From: Mycobacterium tuberculosis H37Rv
GTDB lineage: Bacteria; Actinomycetota; Actinomycetes; Mycobacteriales; Mycobacteriaceae
Assembly: GCF_000195955.2 (NCBI RefSeq)
Contig: NC_000962.3
Span: 3,990,001-4,022,000, forward strand
Length of the DNA: 32,000 bases
Direction of reading: 5' to 3'
The number at the start of each line of letters is the position of its first letter. Position 1 is the stretch's first letter. The notes beneath the pieces are model-generated. The model saw only the letters and a program-made list of their open reading frames with translations. It ran no database searches and was not told where the DNA came from. Position numbers and translations under genes: made by a program. Shown here in pieces: positions 30,142 through 32,000 of the stretch.

Positions 30142-31383
30142 TTGACACTTGCTGTTGCGCTGATACTGCTTGCCGTGGTCCTGGGGTTCGCGGTTGCCCG
30201 CCCACGCGGCTGGCCGGAGGCAGCGGCGGCGGTTCCGGCAGCGGTCATCCTGTTAGCGATCGGGGCGATCTCGCCCCAGCAGGCGATGGCGCAGGTGTCC
30301 GGGCTGGCGCGCGTGGTCGCGTTTCTGGGTGCGGTTCTGGTGCTGGCTAAGCTGTGCGACGACGAAGGCCTGTTCGAGGCAGCCGGCGCGGCCATGGCTC
30401 GAGCGAGCGCGGAGTCGCACCGACTGCTACGGCAGGTGTTCGCCGTCTCGGCCGCCATCACCGCGGCGCTCTGCCTGGACGCCACCGTGGTGCTGTTGAC
30501 CCCGGTGGTGCTGGCGACGGTCCGCCGGCTGCGGACCCCGGTGCGCCCCTATGCCTACGCCACCGCCCACCTAGCCAACGCCGCTTCGCTGCTGCTTCCG
30601 GTGTCGAATCTGACCAACCTGCTCGCCTACCACGGTGCCGGCATCTCGTTCACCAAGTTCACGCTGCTGATGGCATTGCCTTGGCTGTCCGCCGTGGCCG
30701 CGGTCTATGTGGTCTTCCGCTGGTTTTTCGCCCGGGATCTACGCGTGGTGCCGGACCGGCAGCAACTCAAGCCGGCGCCGCGCCTGCCAATGTTCGTGCT
30801 GGTGGTGGTGGCGCTGACACTCGGGGGCTTCGCCGTCGCCGAGTCGGTGGGACTGGCCCCAACGTGGGCGGCGCTGGCTGGCGCCGCAGTGTTGGCGCTG
30901 CGAAGTCTGCGGCGTGGACACACTTCGGTGCTGCGGATCGCGCGCGCCGTCAACGTGTCGTTCCTGGTCTTTGTGTTGGCCCTGGGTGTCGTGGTGCACG
31001 CGGTCATGCTCAACGGCATGGCCGCCAGGATGTCCGCCGTGCTGCCGACCGGGTCCGGGTTGCCCGCGCTGCTCGGCATCGCCGCGCTGGCCGCCGTGCT
31101 GGCCAACGTGGTCAACAACCTGCCCGCGACTCTGGTGTTAGTGCCGCTGGTGGCGGCCGGCGGGCCGGCGGCCGTGCTGGCCGTGCTACTCGGGGTCAAC
31201 ATCGGACCCAACCTGACCTATGCCGGTTCGCTGTCTAACCTGCTGTGGCGGGGCGTGCTGCGCCGGCACAACGTCGACGCCAGCGTCGGCGAGTACACCC
31301 GACTGGGACTGTGCACCGTGCCTGCGGCCCTGGCGATGGCGGTGCTCGCGCTGTGGGCCAGCGCCCAGGTTCTGGGGATCTAG
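30142..31383 (+). CDS. arsB2: Polytopic membrane transporter, ArsB/citrate-transporter-like superfamily (413 aa)
   Basis: Many hydrophobic helices; RVVAFLGAVLVLAKLCDDEGLFEA, LCLDATVVLLTPVVLATV, NVVNNLPATLVLVPL, and GVNIGPNLTYAGSLSNLLW. TTG start 30142. Confidence 0.88.
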   Translation: MTLAVALILLAVVLGFAVARPRGWPEAAAAVPAAVILLAIGAISPQQAMAQVSGLARVVAFLGAVLVLAKLCDDEGLFEAAGAAMARASAESHRLLRQVFAVSAAITAALCLDATVVLLTPVVLATVRRLRTPVRPYAYATAHLANAASLLLPVSNLTNLLAYHGAGISFTKFTLLMALPWLSAVAAVYVVFRWFFARDLRVVPDRQQLKPAPRLPMFVLVVVALTLGGFAVAESVGLAPTWAALAGAAVLALRSLRRGHTSVLRIARAVNVSFLVFVLALGVVVHAVMLNGMAARMSAVLPTGSGLPALLGIAALAAVLANVVNNLPATLVLVPLVAAGGPAAVLAVLLGVNIGPNLTYAGSLSNLLWRGVLRRHNVDASVGEYTRLGLCTVPAALAMAVLALWASAQVLGI

Positions 31384-31392
31384 CCGCAAGGG

Positions 31393-31454
31393 CGCGAGCA
31401 GACGCAGAATCGCATGATTTGAGCTCAAATCATGCGATTCTGCGTCTGCTCGCG
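31393..31454. repeat. Perfect 62-bp palindrome, same family as the 18655-18714 hairpin
   Basis: CGCGAGCAGACGCAGAATCGCATGATTTGAG / CTCAAATCATGCGATTCTGCGTCTGCTCGCG, 31-bp arms with no loop, between convergent genes. Confidence 0.93.
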
Positions 31455-32000
31455 AGGCTCGCGTGGCCGCCGGCGCTGGCGGGCGATCTCGGCGAGCACC
31501 ACCCCAGCGGCCACCGAGGCGTTCAGTGATTCGGCCTGAGCGGCCATCGGGATGGACACCACCTCGTCACAGTTCTGCCTTACCAACCGGGACAACCCCT
31601 TGCCTTCCGACCCAACGACCACCACCAACGAGTCAGTGCCATCTACATCGTCGAGCGCGGTGCCGCCACCGGCGTCCAGTCCGATCACCCGCACTCCACG
31701 ATCGGCCCAGCCCTTCAGCGTCCTGGTGAGATTGGTGGCCCGGGCCACCGGAATCCGGGCCGCCGCCCCGGCGCTGGTGCGCCACGCCACCGCGGTCACC
31801 GACGCAGAACGGCGTTGCGGAATCAGCACCCCATGGCCACCGAACGCGGCCACCGACCGCACGATCGCACCGAGGTTGCGCGGGTCGGAAAGGTTGTCCA
31901 AAGCGACCAGCAGCGCAGGCGGTTGGTCGAGGGCGGCGGCCAGCAGGTCATCGGGATGGGCGTAGTTGTACGGTGGCACCTGTAGCGCGATGCCTTGATG
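31425..32000 (-). CDS. SpoU/TrmH-family RNA 2'-O-methyltransferase, C-terminal part (5' end outside the window)
   Basis: [46 protein letters not shown] and [25 protein letters not shown], TrmH motifs 1-3. Frame is open to the window edge. Confidence 0.93.
   Translation of the reverse strand, partial: HQGIALQVPPYNYAHPDDLLAAALDQPPALLVALDNLSDPRNLGAIVRSVAAFGGHGVLIPQRRSASVTAVAWRTSAGAAARIPVARATNLTRTLKGWADRGVRVIGLDAGGGTALDDVDGTDSLVVVVGSEGKGLSRLVRQNCDEVVSIPMAAQAESLNASVAAGVVLAEIARQRRRPREPREQTQNRMI

Overview
This window reads as a Mycobacterium tuberculosis-complex chromosomal segment from the cholesterol-catabolism locus (approximately Rv3551 to Rv3579c in H37Rv numbering, assigned from recalled protein sequence and gene order, not a database search). 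It holds the ring C/D (HIP) genes: ipdA (partial), ipdB, ipdC, fadA6, kstR2, ipdF, fadE30, fadD3, fadE31-33 and aspB. It also holds the ring A/B genes: nat, hsaB, hsaC, hsaD, hsaA and kshB, followed by Rv3572, fadE34 and kstR. Genes outside this pathway are fdxB, a DUF559/AbiEi-like gene, PPE64, a LacI-type regulator, lppH, a metallo-beta-lactamase-fold protein, arsB2, and a SpoU/TrmH methyltransferase (partial). I do not see a convincing undescribed multi-gene system; most of the window is a well-studied catabolic cluster. The less-described items are mostly small: (1) a putative nuclease gene closely bracketed by two 63-bp direct repeats; (2) a short vapBC-like remnant, missing from the ORF track, that stops in a 23-bp-arm hairpin; (3) a second member of that hairpin family, a perfect 62-bp palindrome, whose arm encodes the C-terminus of the methyltransferase gene; (4) small repeat elements in two intra-operon gaps; and (5) palindromic operator-like sites matching KstR and KstR2 motifs. 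Coordinates were derived by hand.
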